64,000 nt of DNA from an uncultured Chromatiales bacterium (GTDB lineage: Bacteria; Pseudomonadota; Gammaproteobacteria; SZUA-140). This document shows, piece by piece, positions 29,779 through 38,026 of the stretch (position 1 is the first letter of the stretch; each line of letters begins with the position of its first letter). The notes beneath the pieces were generated by a model. The model saw nothing but the letters and a program-made list of their open reading frames with translations. It was not told where the DNA came from and searched no databases. The stretch lies in NCBI GenBank assembly GCA_964581365.1, contig CAZOOF010000004.1:442-64441 (forward strand), written 5' to 3'. The position numbers were made by a program, and so were the translations under genes.

Positions 29779-31875
29779 ATGAGCGAAGTCCGGTCACTGG
29801 TCGATCACGAGGAACTCGAGCGCTTCGAGGAAAGCGTTAACTCGTTTCTGCGCAACGAAATCGATGCTGAGCGCTTTCAGTCGATCCGGCTGCAGCAGGG
29901 CATCTATGGCCAGCGCCAGGAAGGTGTGCACATGGTCCGCGTCAAGATTCCGGGCGGCTATCTCACGCCAGCGCAGCTCGAGACCATCGCCGAAGTGCTG
30001 GACCAGTACTCCGAGTCGGAGCACGCCCACATCACGACGCGGCAAGACATTCAGATGCACAACGTGCCGCTCGCGAAGGTCCCGGCGGCGCTCAAGACTC
30101 TTGCGCGCGCCGGCCTGACTACCCGCGAAGCCTGCAACAACACGGTGCGCAACGTCAGCTGCTGTCCGCTCGCGGGCGCCTGCCCCAGCGAAAGGGTCGA
30201 TATCCGCCTGCACCATGAGCACGTGATGCGCTACCTGCTGCGCCATCCGCTCACGCAGCACCTGCCACGCAAGTTCAAGATCAGCTTCTCGGCCTGCGAA
30301 TCGGATTGCGCCCAGGGCATGATTCATGACCTCGCGGTAATCGCCGTGAAAAAGGACGACCGCTATGGCTTCAGGCTGCTCGCCGGCGGCGGCCTCGGTC
30401 ACAAGCCGCGCAAGGCCATCCTCATCGAGGAGTTCATTACCGAAGAGGAACTGGTGCCCTGCGTAGAGGCAGTGATTTCGCTGCACAACCGCTACTCCGA
30501 TCGCAAGCGTCGCGCCAAGTCCCGCATCAAGTTCCTGGTCGAACGCTTCGGCGAGGAAGGGTTCGTGGAAAAGTATCGCGAGGAACTGGAGCGCACCCGC
30601 ACCGCGCTGCGCGGCCATGTTCCCCCGCGCGGCGAATGGCAGGACGGTACGCCATCGCCGGTGCATGCCAATCCTGGCGCACCCCGCAAGATCCTGACGC
30701 AGAAGCAGCCCGGTCTTCATGTCTTCCCGATCGGCGTTCCCATCGGCGACATGACCGCCGAGCAGATGCGTGGCATTGCCGCGCTGATGTATCGCGAACA
30801 GCTCAGCGATCTGCGCACCACCCAGGATCAGAATCTCATGTTCGTCGGCGTTCCGGAGGAGCGTATCGCCGCGGTGCGCGAGGGCCTGGCGGATCTCGGC
30901 CTCGGCGAACCGCAAGCCGGCGATGATGTGGTGTCCTGTCCCGGCACCTCCACCTGCCGTCTGGGCATCACCTCCTCGAAGATCATCGGCACGCGGATCA
31001 GCGGCGGCGCCATGGATCTGAGGATCCGCGCCAGCGGCTGTCACAACGGCTGCGCCCAGCCGGAAACCGGAGACATCGGTATCTACGGCGAGGGCAAGCG
31101 TCTGCACGGCAAGCTCGTGCCCCACTACCAGTTCTACATCGGCGGCGATGGCCGCCATGGCGGCGATATCGCCATCAAGGGGCCGTCCGTACCGGCCGCG
31201 CGCGTTCCGCTTGCCATTCAGCGTGTCCAGGCTGCCTATGCCGAGACCCGGAGCGACGGAGAAACCTTCTTTGCCTGGGCTCACCGGCAGGAAGCGGAGT
31301 ACTTCAACGGGCTGCTCGCCGAATTCAGCAACGTGGCTCCCGAAGAGCTGTCCGCGGTGCTCAACGACCACGGCCAGGAAGAAGCCTTCCGCGTATACCA
31401 GTTCGGAGGCGGCGAATGTGCCGGCGCCGCACAGGAAACCGTGGCGGCAAACTTCGCTGAGGCCGCCAATGAGCGCAACTATCGCAACGGCTTCCTGATG
31501 CAGCGCAAGTACGAGGAGTCCATCGAGTGCTCGCGCGCTATCGCCCGCCTGATCGGGCAATCCCTGCTCTTCCTGGCAGGACAGCCACCGGTAGAGAATC
31601 TGCGCGAGATCGGCGCCAAGCTCGCGGAGACCCTGAGCGGCAATCAGTCCCTCGGCGATCAGCTGATGAAACTGTCCGACGAGCTGGATCGTCTCGGCGA
31701 CGACTTCGATGAACCGGCCTATCGCGAGCTGATTTCGGAGCTCGACGCATGGACGGTCGCCGCCGGCGCCACCTGCCAGGACATCGACCGTCAGCTCGAC
31801 CTCAGCGCTTCGCTGCAAAGCATTAATGGCGGCGGCGCCACGGCTGAAAAAAAAAGAGCGGGAGCCGCGCTGTAG
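29779..31875 (+). CDS. Ferredoxin-type sulfite/nitrite reductase hemoprotein (Sir/CysI-like) with a ~170-aa C-terminal extension of unknown function
   Basis: Siroheme/4Fe-4S Cys cluster (SCPGTSTCRLG ... ASGCHNGCAQPE) and duplicated NiR/SiR ferredoxin-like halves. Start at MSEVRSL with AGGAG 9 nt upstream (the tracked ORF begins 29692). The C-terminus ends in ...TAEKKRAGAAL within an A9 tract. Confidence 0.8.
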   Translation: MSEVRSLVDHEELERFEESVNSFLRNEIDAERFQSIRLQQGIYGQRQEGVHMVRVKIPGGYLTPAQLETIAEVLDQYSESEHAHITTRQDIQMHNVPLAKVPAALKTLARAGLTTREACNNTVRNVSCCPLAGACPSERVDIRLHHEHVMRYLLRHPLTQHLPRKFKISFSACESDCAQGMIHDLAVIAVKKDDRYGFRLLAGGGLGHKPRKAILIEEFITEEELVPCVEAVISLHNRYSDRKRRAKSRIKFLVERFGEEGFVEKYREELERTRTALRGHVPPRGEWQDGTPSPVHANPGAPRKILTQKQPGLHVFPIGVPIGDMTAEQMRGIAALMYREQLSDLRTTQDQNLMFVGVPEERIAAVREGLADLGLGEPQAGDDVVSCPGTSTCRLGITSSKIIGTRISGGAMDLRIRASGCHNGCAQPETGDIGIYGEGKRLHGKLVPHYQFYIGGDGRHGGDIAIKGPSVPAARVPLAIQRVQAAYAETRSDGETFFAWAHRQEAEYFNGLLAEFSNVAPEELSAVLNDHGQEEAFRVYQFGGGECAGAAQETVAANFAEAANERNYRNGFLMQRKYEESIECSRAIARLIGQSLLFLAGQPPVENLREIGAKLAETLSGNQSLGDQLMKLSDELDRLGDDFDEPAYRELISELDAWTVAAGATCQDIDRQLDLSASLQSINGGGATAEKKRAGAAL

Positions 31876-32078
31876 ACCTGAGCACCTACGGCTGTCCGCT
31901 GCACTACATCAAGGCAAGGCATGAGTTGCGCGGCCGCACCGTCGGCGAGGTCGTCGATTTCGTGTTCCAGTCCGAGGATGCCGCGAAACAGGCGGCATCC
32001 AGCCTGGAAAAGGATGGCCATGAGCTGCTGACGCTGGACGGAGCCACGGCATCGATCCGACGCGGCGGAACCGCCTGA
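31848..32078 (+). CDS. TusA-like (sulfurtransferase fold) small ORF with no ATG/GTG/TTG start, in the -1 frame relative to the upstream reductase
   Basis: Stop-to-stop frame KKKSGSRAVDLSTYGCPLHYIKARHELRGRTVGEVVDFVFQSEDAAKQAASSLEKDGHELLTLDGATASIRRGGTA*; pattern G-CP-x-x...K...GE.V.F...D......GHELL typical of TusA/SirA-like proteins (CPLH instead of CPxP). Not in the ORF track because there is no canonical start. Confidence 0.4.
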   Translation, partial: KKKSGSRAVDLSTYGCPLHYIKARHELRGRTVGEVVDFVFQSEDAAKQAASSLEKDGHELLTLDGATASIRRGGTA

Positions 32079-32092
32079 GGCGTTCCGCCGCC
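32062..32092 (+). promoter_or_regulatory. Near-perfect hairpin GCGGCGGAACCGCC-TGA-GGCG(T)TCCGCCGCC. The stop codon of the TusA-like frame is the loop, and the stem ends 1 nt before the cupin ATG.
   Basis: Read directly; the arms are reverse complements apart from one bulged T. Confidence 0.5.
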
Positions 32093-32461
32093 ATGAACGA
32101 ACCGAAGCAGTCCAGGGAAGACTGCCGCCCCTTCATCACCCTCGATGGCTCACTGGTGCGTGAACTGATGCATCCCGGTGACCAGGGCAGGCAGAGCCTG
32201 GCTGAAGCCATCGTCCTCCCGGGAAACCGGACCCGGGCGCATCGCCACCATCTCAGTGAAGAGATCTACCATTTCCTCGCCGGAAGCGGGATCATGGAGC
32301 TCGGCGACCGGAGTTTCCGGATCACCGCTGGTGATACGGTGCGAATCCCCCCCGGAACACCCCATGCGCTCCTGAATGACGGGGACAATGAGTTGCGGCT
32401 CCTGTGCTGTTGTGCGCCGCCCTACTCGCATGAAGACACGGAACTGCTCGACCGGCGCTGA
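32093..32461 (+). CDS. Cupin domain protein (cupin_2)
   Basis: 122 aa; H-x-H...E...H metal-site pattern (HRHHLSEEIYHFLAGSG ... PHAL). Confidence 0.7.
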   Translation: MNEPKQSREDCRPFITLDGSLVRELMHPGDQGRQSLAEAIVLPGNRTRAHRHHLSEEIYHFLAGSGIMELGDRSFRITAGDTVRIPPGTPHALLNDGDNELRLLCCCAPPYSHEDTELLDRR

Positions 32462-32575
32462 CAGCGGCGCCGGTACCAGCCGGACTCTCTTTGCTTTTTC
32501 TGGGAAAAGGGCGATGATGCATCGGTAAGCACAGCTGTCGGTTCGTACGAAGATATACGTAGCATCGAGGAGAGA

Positions 32576-32989
32576 ATGACAGACACGCAGCCCCCAATCG
32601 TCGTATCCAGCCTGGACCTGGATCGACTCGAACGAATCATGGACGCAGGCCAGTTCCGCAACATGCCCGGAATCGACGCGTTGAGGCATGAGTTGGATCG
32701 CGCAACGATCATGGAGCCCTCCGAGATGCCGGCAGGGGTCGTCACCATGAATTCGCGCGTGCGCTTCGTCGACGATTCAACGGGCTCGGAGTTCGAACTG
32801 ACTCTGGTCTATCCCGAAGCCAGCGGACAGGCCGGCACCGTGTCAGTTCTGGCACCGGTCGGCAGCGCCCTGCTTGGCCTGTCGGTTGGCCAGTCGATCT
32901 CCTGGCAGGTTCCCGGCGGGCGCAAACTGCAGCTGCGCATCCTCGATGTGGTCTATCAGCCTGAAGCCGAAGGCGAGCTGCATCGCTGA
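32576..32989 (+). CDS. rnk: Nucleoside diphosphate kinase regulator (GreA/GreB C-terminal domain family)
   Basis: 137 aa; Rnk-like; GreA/B C-terminal FKBP-like domain motifs. Confidence 0.75.
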   Translation: MTDTQPPIVVSSLDLDRLERIMDAGQFRNMPGIDALRHELDRATIMEPSEMPAGVVTMNSRVRFVDDSTGSEFELTLVYPEASGQAGTVSVLAPVGSALLGLSVGQSISWQVPGGRKLQLRILDVVYQPEAEGELHR

Positions 32990-33024
32990 GCGCGCACCTC
33001 TCACTCATCACCAAGGCACCACAC

Positions 33025-33639
33025 ATGCTCTCCGCTCTGGACGCACTCGAGAGGCTGCGCGAAGGCAATCGCCGCTTCGCCACTGGGGTGCGTAACGACA
33101 TCCCCATCCATCAGGGACGGCGACGGGAGCTGACCGCGGGACAGGAGCCTTTCGCGATCATTCTGGGGTGTTCGGATTCCCGTGTTCCGGCGGAGATCGT
33201 CTTCGACCAGGGACTCGGGGATCTGTTCGTGATCCGCGTCGCAGGAAACATCGTCGCGCCATCCCAGATCGGCAGCGTCGAATTCGCCGCGGCGCGCTAT
33301 GGGACTCGCCTAGTGGTCGTGCTGGGACACTCCAGTTGCGGCGCAGTCCAGGCCACCATCGATGAACTGCAACACCCCTCGGACCAGACCCGCAACCTGC
33401 GCTCCATCGTGGACCGTATTCGCCCCGCAGTAGAGGGTCTGCTGCATACCGACCTGGTGAATCAACCCGCCGCCCTGATGCGCAAGGCCGTGCGCACCAA
33501 CATCCGCGTCGCGGCCAGCCAGCTTCGCCACGGCTCCGAAGTTCTCGAGCGCCTGATCCAGGATGACGAGTTGCTGGTGGTCGGCGCCGAATACTCACTG
33601 GAGACAGGTCTCGTCGACTTCTTCGACGGCACTCCTTAA
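33025..33639 (+). CDS. Beta-class carbonic anhydrase
   Basis: CSDSR ... HSSCGA zinc-ligand motifs. Confidence 0.9.
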   Translation: MLSALDALERLREGNRRFATGVRNDIPIHQGRRRELTAGQEPFAIILGCSDSRVPAEIVFDQGLGDLFVIRVAGNIVAPSQIGSVEFAAARYGTRLVVVLGHSSCGAVQATIDELQHPSDQTRNLRSIVDRIRPAVEGLLHTDLVNQPAALMRKAVRTNIRVAASQLRHGSEVLERLIQDDELLVVGAEYSLETGLVDFFDGTP

Positions 33640-33687
33640 GCTGCGCGGCGCTTGCGCCGCGGGCCGCTCACCGAGGGAGGAAAGCTC

Positions 33688-34062
33688 ATGAAGCCAGTAT
33701 TCCGCGCGGGCCGCAACATCGCCATGAAAGTTCCGGAGCACGAATACGAGCGCACCGTTGCCTTTTACCGTGATACGCTCGGATTTCAACTGCTCGCCGG
33801 CACCGCCCCCGGCAGCGCCGAAACCACCGCCTTTGAGTTCGGTGACAAGGTGCTGTGGATCGATCGTGTAACGACCCTCAGCCAGGCCGAGGTGTGGCTG
33901 GAAGTGGTTGCCGAGGATATCGACGGCGCTGCAGAGCATCTGCGCCGCCAGGGCTGTCTGCGCCGCGACGGCATCGAACCACTGCCACCCGGGTTCAAAG
34001 GTTTCTGGGTAGCGAATCCCTCGAATATCATTCACCTCATCGCTACCCCTGAGCCGGAATGA
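33688..34062 (+). CDS. VOC family (glyoxalase/bleomycin-resistance fold) protein
   Basis: Start at MKPVFRAG with GAGGGAGG SD upstream; VOC-like beta-alpha-beta-beta-beta pattern. Confidence 0.6.
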   Translation: MKPVFRAGRNIAMKVPEHEYERTVAFYRDTLGFQLLAGTAPGSAETTAFEFGDKVLWIDRVTTLSQAEVWLEVVAEDIDGAAEHLRRQGCLRRDGIEPLPPGFKGFWVANPSNIIHLIATPEPE

Positions 34063-34126
34063 CCGGGACGCCGCGTCGCGATAGCTGCGCGCGCGACCGA
34101 GGCCATGATCACCCGGAGAACCGAGA

Positions 34127-35335
34127 TTGTCACTGCGTCAGAGCCGTACTTTCGCCTTCCTCATCGTAGCGCTGCTACTGATCGGAGCCGTCATCGTGCT
34201 GCCCGGCATGCGCGGTGTAGCGGTGTCCTATCACGAAGTCCAGGCGCGGCCGCTGGCGCAGCACGTGGTTGCCACCGGACGGGTAATCACGCCATCGCGC
34301 ACCCGCGTCGGCAGTGAAATCAGCGGAGTGGTGCGAGCACGATATGTACGCGAAGGCGATCGGGTCTCGGCGCAGGACACCCTGCTTTCCCTCAGGGACG
34401 AGGAACAGCGTGCCCGCCTCCAGGAAGCCGAAGCCGCGCTGAGGCGGCTGCTGGAGTCGGACCGGCCGCAAAGCCGGGTCGCCCTCCAGGAAGCCGAAAT
34501 CCGCCTCGTCCAGGCTGAGCGGGAAGCCCAACGCCGGCGCGAACTTCTGGACCGGGGGCTGATCGCCGCCGAAGCATTCGAGCTTGCCGAACGCAGCGCA
34601 TCGCTAGAGCGCGCCGCGGCCGAGCGCGCGCGGCTGACCACCGAAGCGCTGCGCGAAAACGGACCCGAGGAAACACTGTTACGCGCCCGCGTCGAAGAAG
34701 CACGGGTTGCCTTGTCGCGCACCGTCATTCGCGCCGGCGTCTCCGGCACCGTCCTCAGCCGGGCAGCCGAACCCGGGGATCTGGTGCAGCCGGGTCAGGT
34801 GCTTTTCGAGATCGCTCTCGACGGCGAGACCGAGATTTCAGTCAATGCCGACGAACGCAATCTGGCCTACCTGGCCCCGGGTCAGCAGGCACAGTGCATC
34901 ACTGACGCTTTCCCTGACCGCGTTTTTCCCGCGACGCTGTACTTCATCTCACCCCTGGTGGATGCCGACCGCGGCACCGTCGAATTGCGTCTGCGCGTTC
35001 CTGAACCGCCGGCCTGGTTGCGCCAGGACATGACGGTCACAGTGACCATCGAAACCGCGCGGCGCGACGCCGCTCTGACCGTTCCTGACGATGCGCTCAG
35101 GGAGGTCGCCAACGGACGGGCACGCGTGCTGGTGGCCAACCAGGGGCGGGCCCAAGCGCGCGAAATCGAGCTCGGTCTGCGCGCCGCGGGCACCAGCGAA
35201 GTCCGGGCGGGTCTGACCGCCGGAGACAAGATAATCCTCGGCACCGTAGCCGAAGGGGACCGTATACGCTTGCGCGCAGGGGCCGGGGCGCCGGATCGGC
35301 ATACCCGTAGCGGCGCGCCTGTGGCAGAGGAATGA
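34127..35335 (+). CDS. Efflux transporter periplasmic adaptor subunit (HlyD/MacA family)
   Basis: N-terminal TM anchor, long coiled-coil (EEQRARLQEAEAALRRL...), beta-barrel C-terminus. Confidence 0.8.
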   Translation: MSLRQSRTFAFLIVALLLIGAVIVLPGMRGVAVSYHEVQARPLAQHVVATGRVITPSRTRVGSEISGVVRARYVREGDRVSAQDTLLSLRDEEQRARLQEAEAALRRLLESDRPQSRVALQEAEIRLVQAEREAQRRRELLDRGLIAAEAFELAERSASLERAAAERARLTTEALRENGPEETLLRARVEEARVALSRTVIRAGVSGTVLSRAAEPGDLVQPGQVLFEIALDGETEISVNADERNLAYLAPGQQAQCITDAFPDRVFPATLYFISPLVDADRGTVELRLRVPEPPAWLRQDMTVTVTIETARRDAALTVPDDALREVANGRARVLVANQGRAQAREIELGLRAAGTSEVRAGLTAGDKIILGTVAEGDRIRLRAGAGAPDRHTRSGAPVAEE

Positions 35336-35339
35336 ACTC

Positions 35340-36539
35340 ATGTGGACGGCGTGGGTCATAGCCGTTCGGTTTCTCCGCGACAGTCGCGGACAGACCATCT
35401 TCATCCTGTTCGGCATCACCATCGGCGTTGCCGTTATCGTCTTCATTACTGCCCTCATCTCGGGACTGCAGGCCAACACCATTGCCCGCACACTCGGCAC
35501 CCAGGCTCACATCACGCTTCGCGCCCCTGACGAGGTCAACCGTATCGCCCCGGCCGCCGATCTGAACCGCCTGGTACTGGAAGATCCGCGGCCACAGCGC
35601 CTGCGTTCGATCAACAACTGGCAGGATGTTCGCGGCCTGCTCGACGCCGATCCGATGCTCGAGGCCGTGTCGCCGCTGGTCGCTGGGCCGGCATTCGCAC
35701 AGCGCGGCAACGCCCGTCGATCAGTGGCGCTGATCGGCATGGATCCGCAACGCTACCTGCGTGTCATTCCGATCGATCGCGACATGATCGCAGGCAGTTT
35801 TCGCCCTGCGGCGGACCAGGTGGTGATCGGCCACCGCCTGGCCCGGGATCTCGGCGTTCAACCCGGTGACCGCATCCGCATCGATGCCGGTAACGGACGG
35901 GTGGCGACCGCCGATATCGCCGGAATTTTCGAGCTCGGCGTTCGCGAGCTCGATGAGCGCTACATCTACATGGAGCTCAAGCAGGCGCAGACACTGATCG
36001 ATCTGCCTGGCGGCGTGACCGCCATCGATCTGACCGTGGCCGATATATTCGGCGCCGATCTCATCGCCGAGCGCATCGGTCGCCTGACCGGATTGAAAAG
36101 CGAGAGCTGGATGGAAACCAATGCCCAGCTCATGAACGCGCTCTCGGCGCAGCAGCTCTCGACGCGCATCATCAGCTTTTTCGTCGCGCTCTCAGTCGCC
36201 TTCGGTATCGCCAGCGTGCTCTCGGTCAGCGTCGTGCAGCGCACACGGCAGATCGGCATCCTGCGCGCGATGGGCGCCGGTCAGCGCCAGATGCTGCTTG
36301 TTTTCGTCATCCAGGGTGCGCTGCTCGGCATGGCCGGCGCCATCGCGGGCAGCATCTGCGGCAGCCTTCTGATTACGCTTTTCGATACCTTCGGCCCGGG
36401 ACTGTTCGATGTCTACATCACATCGGACCTCATCGCCGCCACCATCGCAACAGCGACCATCGTCGGCGCGCTCGCCGCCAGTCAGCCAGCCCGTCGCGCG
36501 GCGCGGCTGGATCCGGTATTGGCGATCAGAAATGGCTGA
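35340..36539 (+). CDS. ABC transporter permease, FtsX/MacB-type with periplasmic domain
   Basis: 399 aa; TM1, large periplasmic domain, three C-terminal TM helices (FtsX fold). Confidence 0.8.
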   Translation: MWTAWVIAVRFLRDSRGQTIFILFGITIGVAVIVFITALISGLQANTIARTLGTQAHITLRAPDEVNRIAPAADLNRLVLEDPRPQRLRSINNWQDVRGLLDADPMLEAVSPLVAGPAFAQRGNARRSVALIGMDPQRYLRVIPIDRDMIAGSFRPAADQVVIGHRLARDLGVQPGDRIRIDAGNGRVATADIAGIFELGVRELDERYIYMELKQAQTLIDLPGGVTAIDLTVADIFGADLIAERIGRLTGLKSESWMETNAQLMNALSAQQLSTRIISFFVALSVAFGIASVLSVSVVQRTRQIGILRAMGAGQRQMLLVFVIQGALLGMAGAIAGSICGSLLITLFDTFGPGLFDVYITSDLIAATIATATIVGALAASQPARRAARLDPVLAIRNG

Positions 36540-37266
36540 AACCGACTCCTTCAATTCAGACGACGAGGTCCTGCGCCTCGAAGGGATCAGCAAGTCGTAC
36601 AACGTCGGCCTGCCGACCGAAACCGAGGTGCTCCATGACATCGACCTCGAGCTGACGCGTGGCGATTTTGCCGCGCTCATCGGTCCCTCCGGTTCCGGCA
36701 AGAGCACCCTGCTCAATCTCATCGGTCTGCTGGACCAGCCGACGAAGGGACGAATTTGCCTGCTGGATGAACCAACGGAAGAAATGAGTGACGCCGAACT
36801 CACCGTCCGCCGCGCCACCACCATCGGCTTCGTATTTCAGTTTCATCATCTCCTTCCGGCATTCACGGCCCTGGAGAATGTCCTCATACCGCACATGCTG
36901 CGCAGCGGTCGTCCCGATGAGGATGCGGTCACCTGGGCGCGGAAGCTGCTCGCCGATGTCGGGCTGGAAGCCGACAGCGATCGTTATCCAGACCAGCTAT
37001 CAGGCGGCCAGCAGCAACGCGTCGCCGTCGCGCGCGCGCTGGCTGCACGCCCCGCGCTGCTGCTTGCCGATGAACCCACTGGAAACCTGGATACGGTGAC
37101 GGCGGATGGAGTTTTCGAACTGCTGCGGCATTTCAATCGCAGGTTCGGCTGTGCCGTGCTCGTTGTCACTCACGACCCCCGGCTGTCGGCCCGCTGTGAC
37201 CGGATCATCGAGCTTGTCGATGGCCACATCGTGCGGGATCAGCGGCAACAGGCATCAGGCAGCTGA
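36532..37266 (+). CDS. ABC transporter ATP-binding protein (MacB/LolD-like NBD)
   Basis: Walker [10 protein letters not shown], signature [15 protein letters not shown], Walker B LLLADEPT. Start at MAETDSF, which overlaps the permease stop by 8 nt; the tracked ORF 36409.. has an unsupported leader. Confidence 0.85.
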   Translation: MAETDSFNSDDEVLRLEGISKSYNVGLPTETEVLHDIDLELTRGDFAALIGPSGSGKSTLLNLIGLLDQPTKGRICLLDEPTEEMSDAELTVRRATTIGFVFQFHHLLPAFTALENVLIPHMLRSGRPDEDAVTWARKLLADVGLEADSDRYPDQLSGGQQQRVAVARALAARPALLLADEPTGNLDTVTADGVFELLRHFNRRFGCAVLVVTHDPRLSARCDRIIELVDGHIVRDQRQQASGS

Positions 37267-37362
37267 GCACGCGTCATCGCTTCATTCTCGCCCACCCGTC
37301 TGCTTTCCGGCCGACGCCGAACTGAGTTAACTTGGAGTCGATCCCCGACAAGGAGGTGCGAC

Positions 37363-37596
37363 ATGGCCAAATGCGAGGTGTGCGGAAACGAGTATCACCT
37401 TACATTCGAAGTTCTGGCGGCAGGGGAAAGACATGTGTTCGACAGCTTCGAATGCGCCATCCACCGGCTGGCGCCGAAATGCGCTCATTGCGGCTGCCGC
37501 ATCGTTGGGCACGGCGTGGAAGCAGGCAATGAGATCTACTGCTGCGCCAGCTGCGCGCGTGCGCGCGGCGTTCAGGACATCGTCGATCACGCCTGA
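37363..37596 (+). CDS. Small Cys-rich metal-binding protein (10 Cys, 4 His; possible bacterial metallothionein SmtA/BmtA-like)
   Basis: Perfect SD AAGGAGGTG upstream; MAKCEVCGNEYHL...KCAHCGC...EIYCCASCARA, reminiscent of the SmtA/BmtA Y-C-C/S-x-x-C-A motif. Confidence 0.55.
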   Translation: MAKCEVCGNEYHLTFEVLAAGERHVFDSFECAIHRLAPKCAHCGCRIVGHGVEAGNEIYCCASCARARGVQDIVDHA

Positions 37597-37600
37597 AAGT

Positions 37601-38026
37601 TCAGGGCCCGGGAGCGTCCACGGGGCGCGGACGCCGGTCCGGGCCGATGGCCACGTAAGTCAACGTAGCCTCGGTGACCCTGATCCGCTCTCCACCGCCA
37701 CGGTTGCGCTCAGCAAAAACCTGAACCTCGACCGTGAGCGAAGTGCGGCCGACCCTGACGACCTCCGCGTAGCAGCTCACCAGATCACCGACGAAAACCG
37801 GGTGATGAAACTGGAAGGAGTTTACCGCCACCGTGACCACACGCCCGGATGCGCGACGATACGCCGCAATGCTTCCCGCCACATCGACCTGGGACATGAT
37901 CCAGCCGCCGAAGATATCTCCCGCCGGATTGGTATCGGCCGGCATCGCCAGCACCCTGATCGCCGGTTCTCCCTCTGGTAGCGGTTCAGCGTCCTGATTC
38001 ATCGCGTTCTCCTCAGTGTCCGGCAT
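37601..38026 (-). CDS. Acyl-CoA thioesterase (hotdog fold, YciA-like)
   Basis: 141 aa; MPADTNPAGDIFGGWIMSQVD motif typical of YciA-type thioesterases. Confidence 0.8.
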   Translation of the reverse strand: MPDTEENAMNQDAEPLPEGEPAIRVLAMPADTNPAGDIFGGWIMSQVDVAGSIAAYRRASGRVVTVAVNSFQFHHPVFVGDLVSCYAEVVRVGRTSLTVEVQVFAERNRGGGERIRVTEATLTYVAIGPDRRPRPVDAPGP

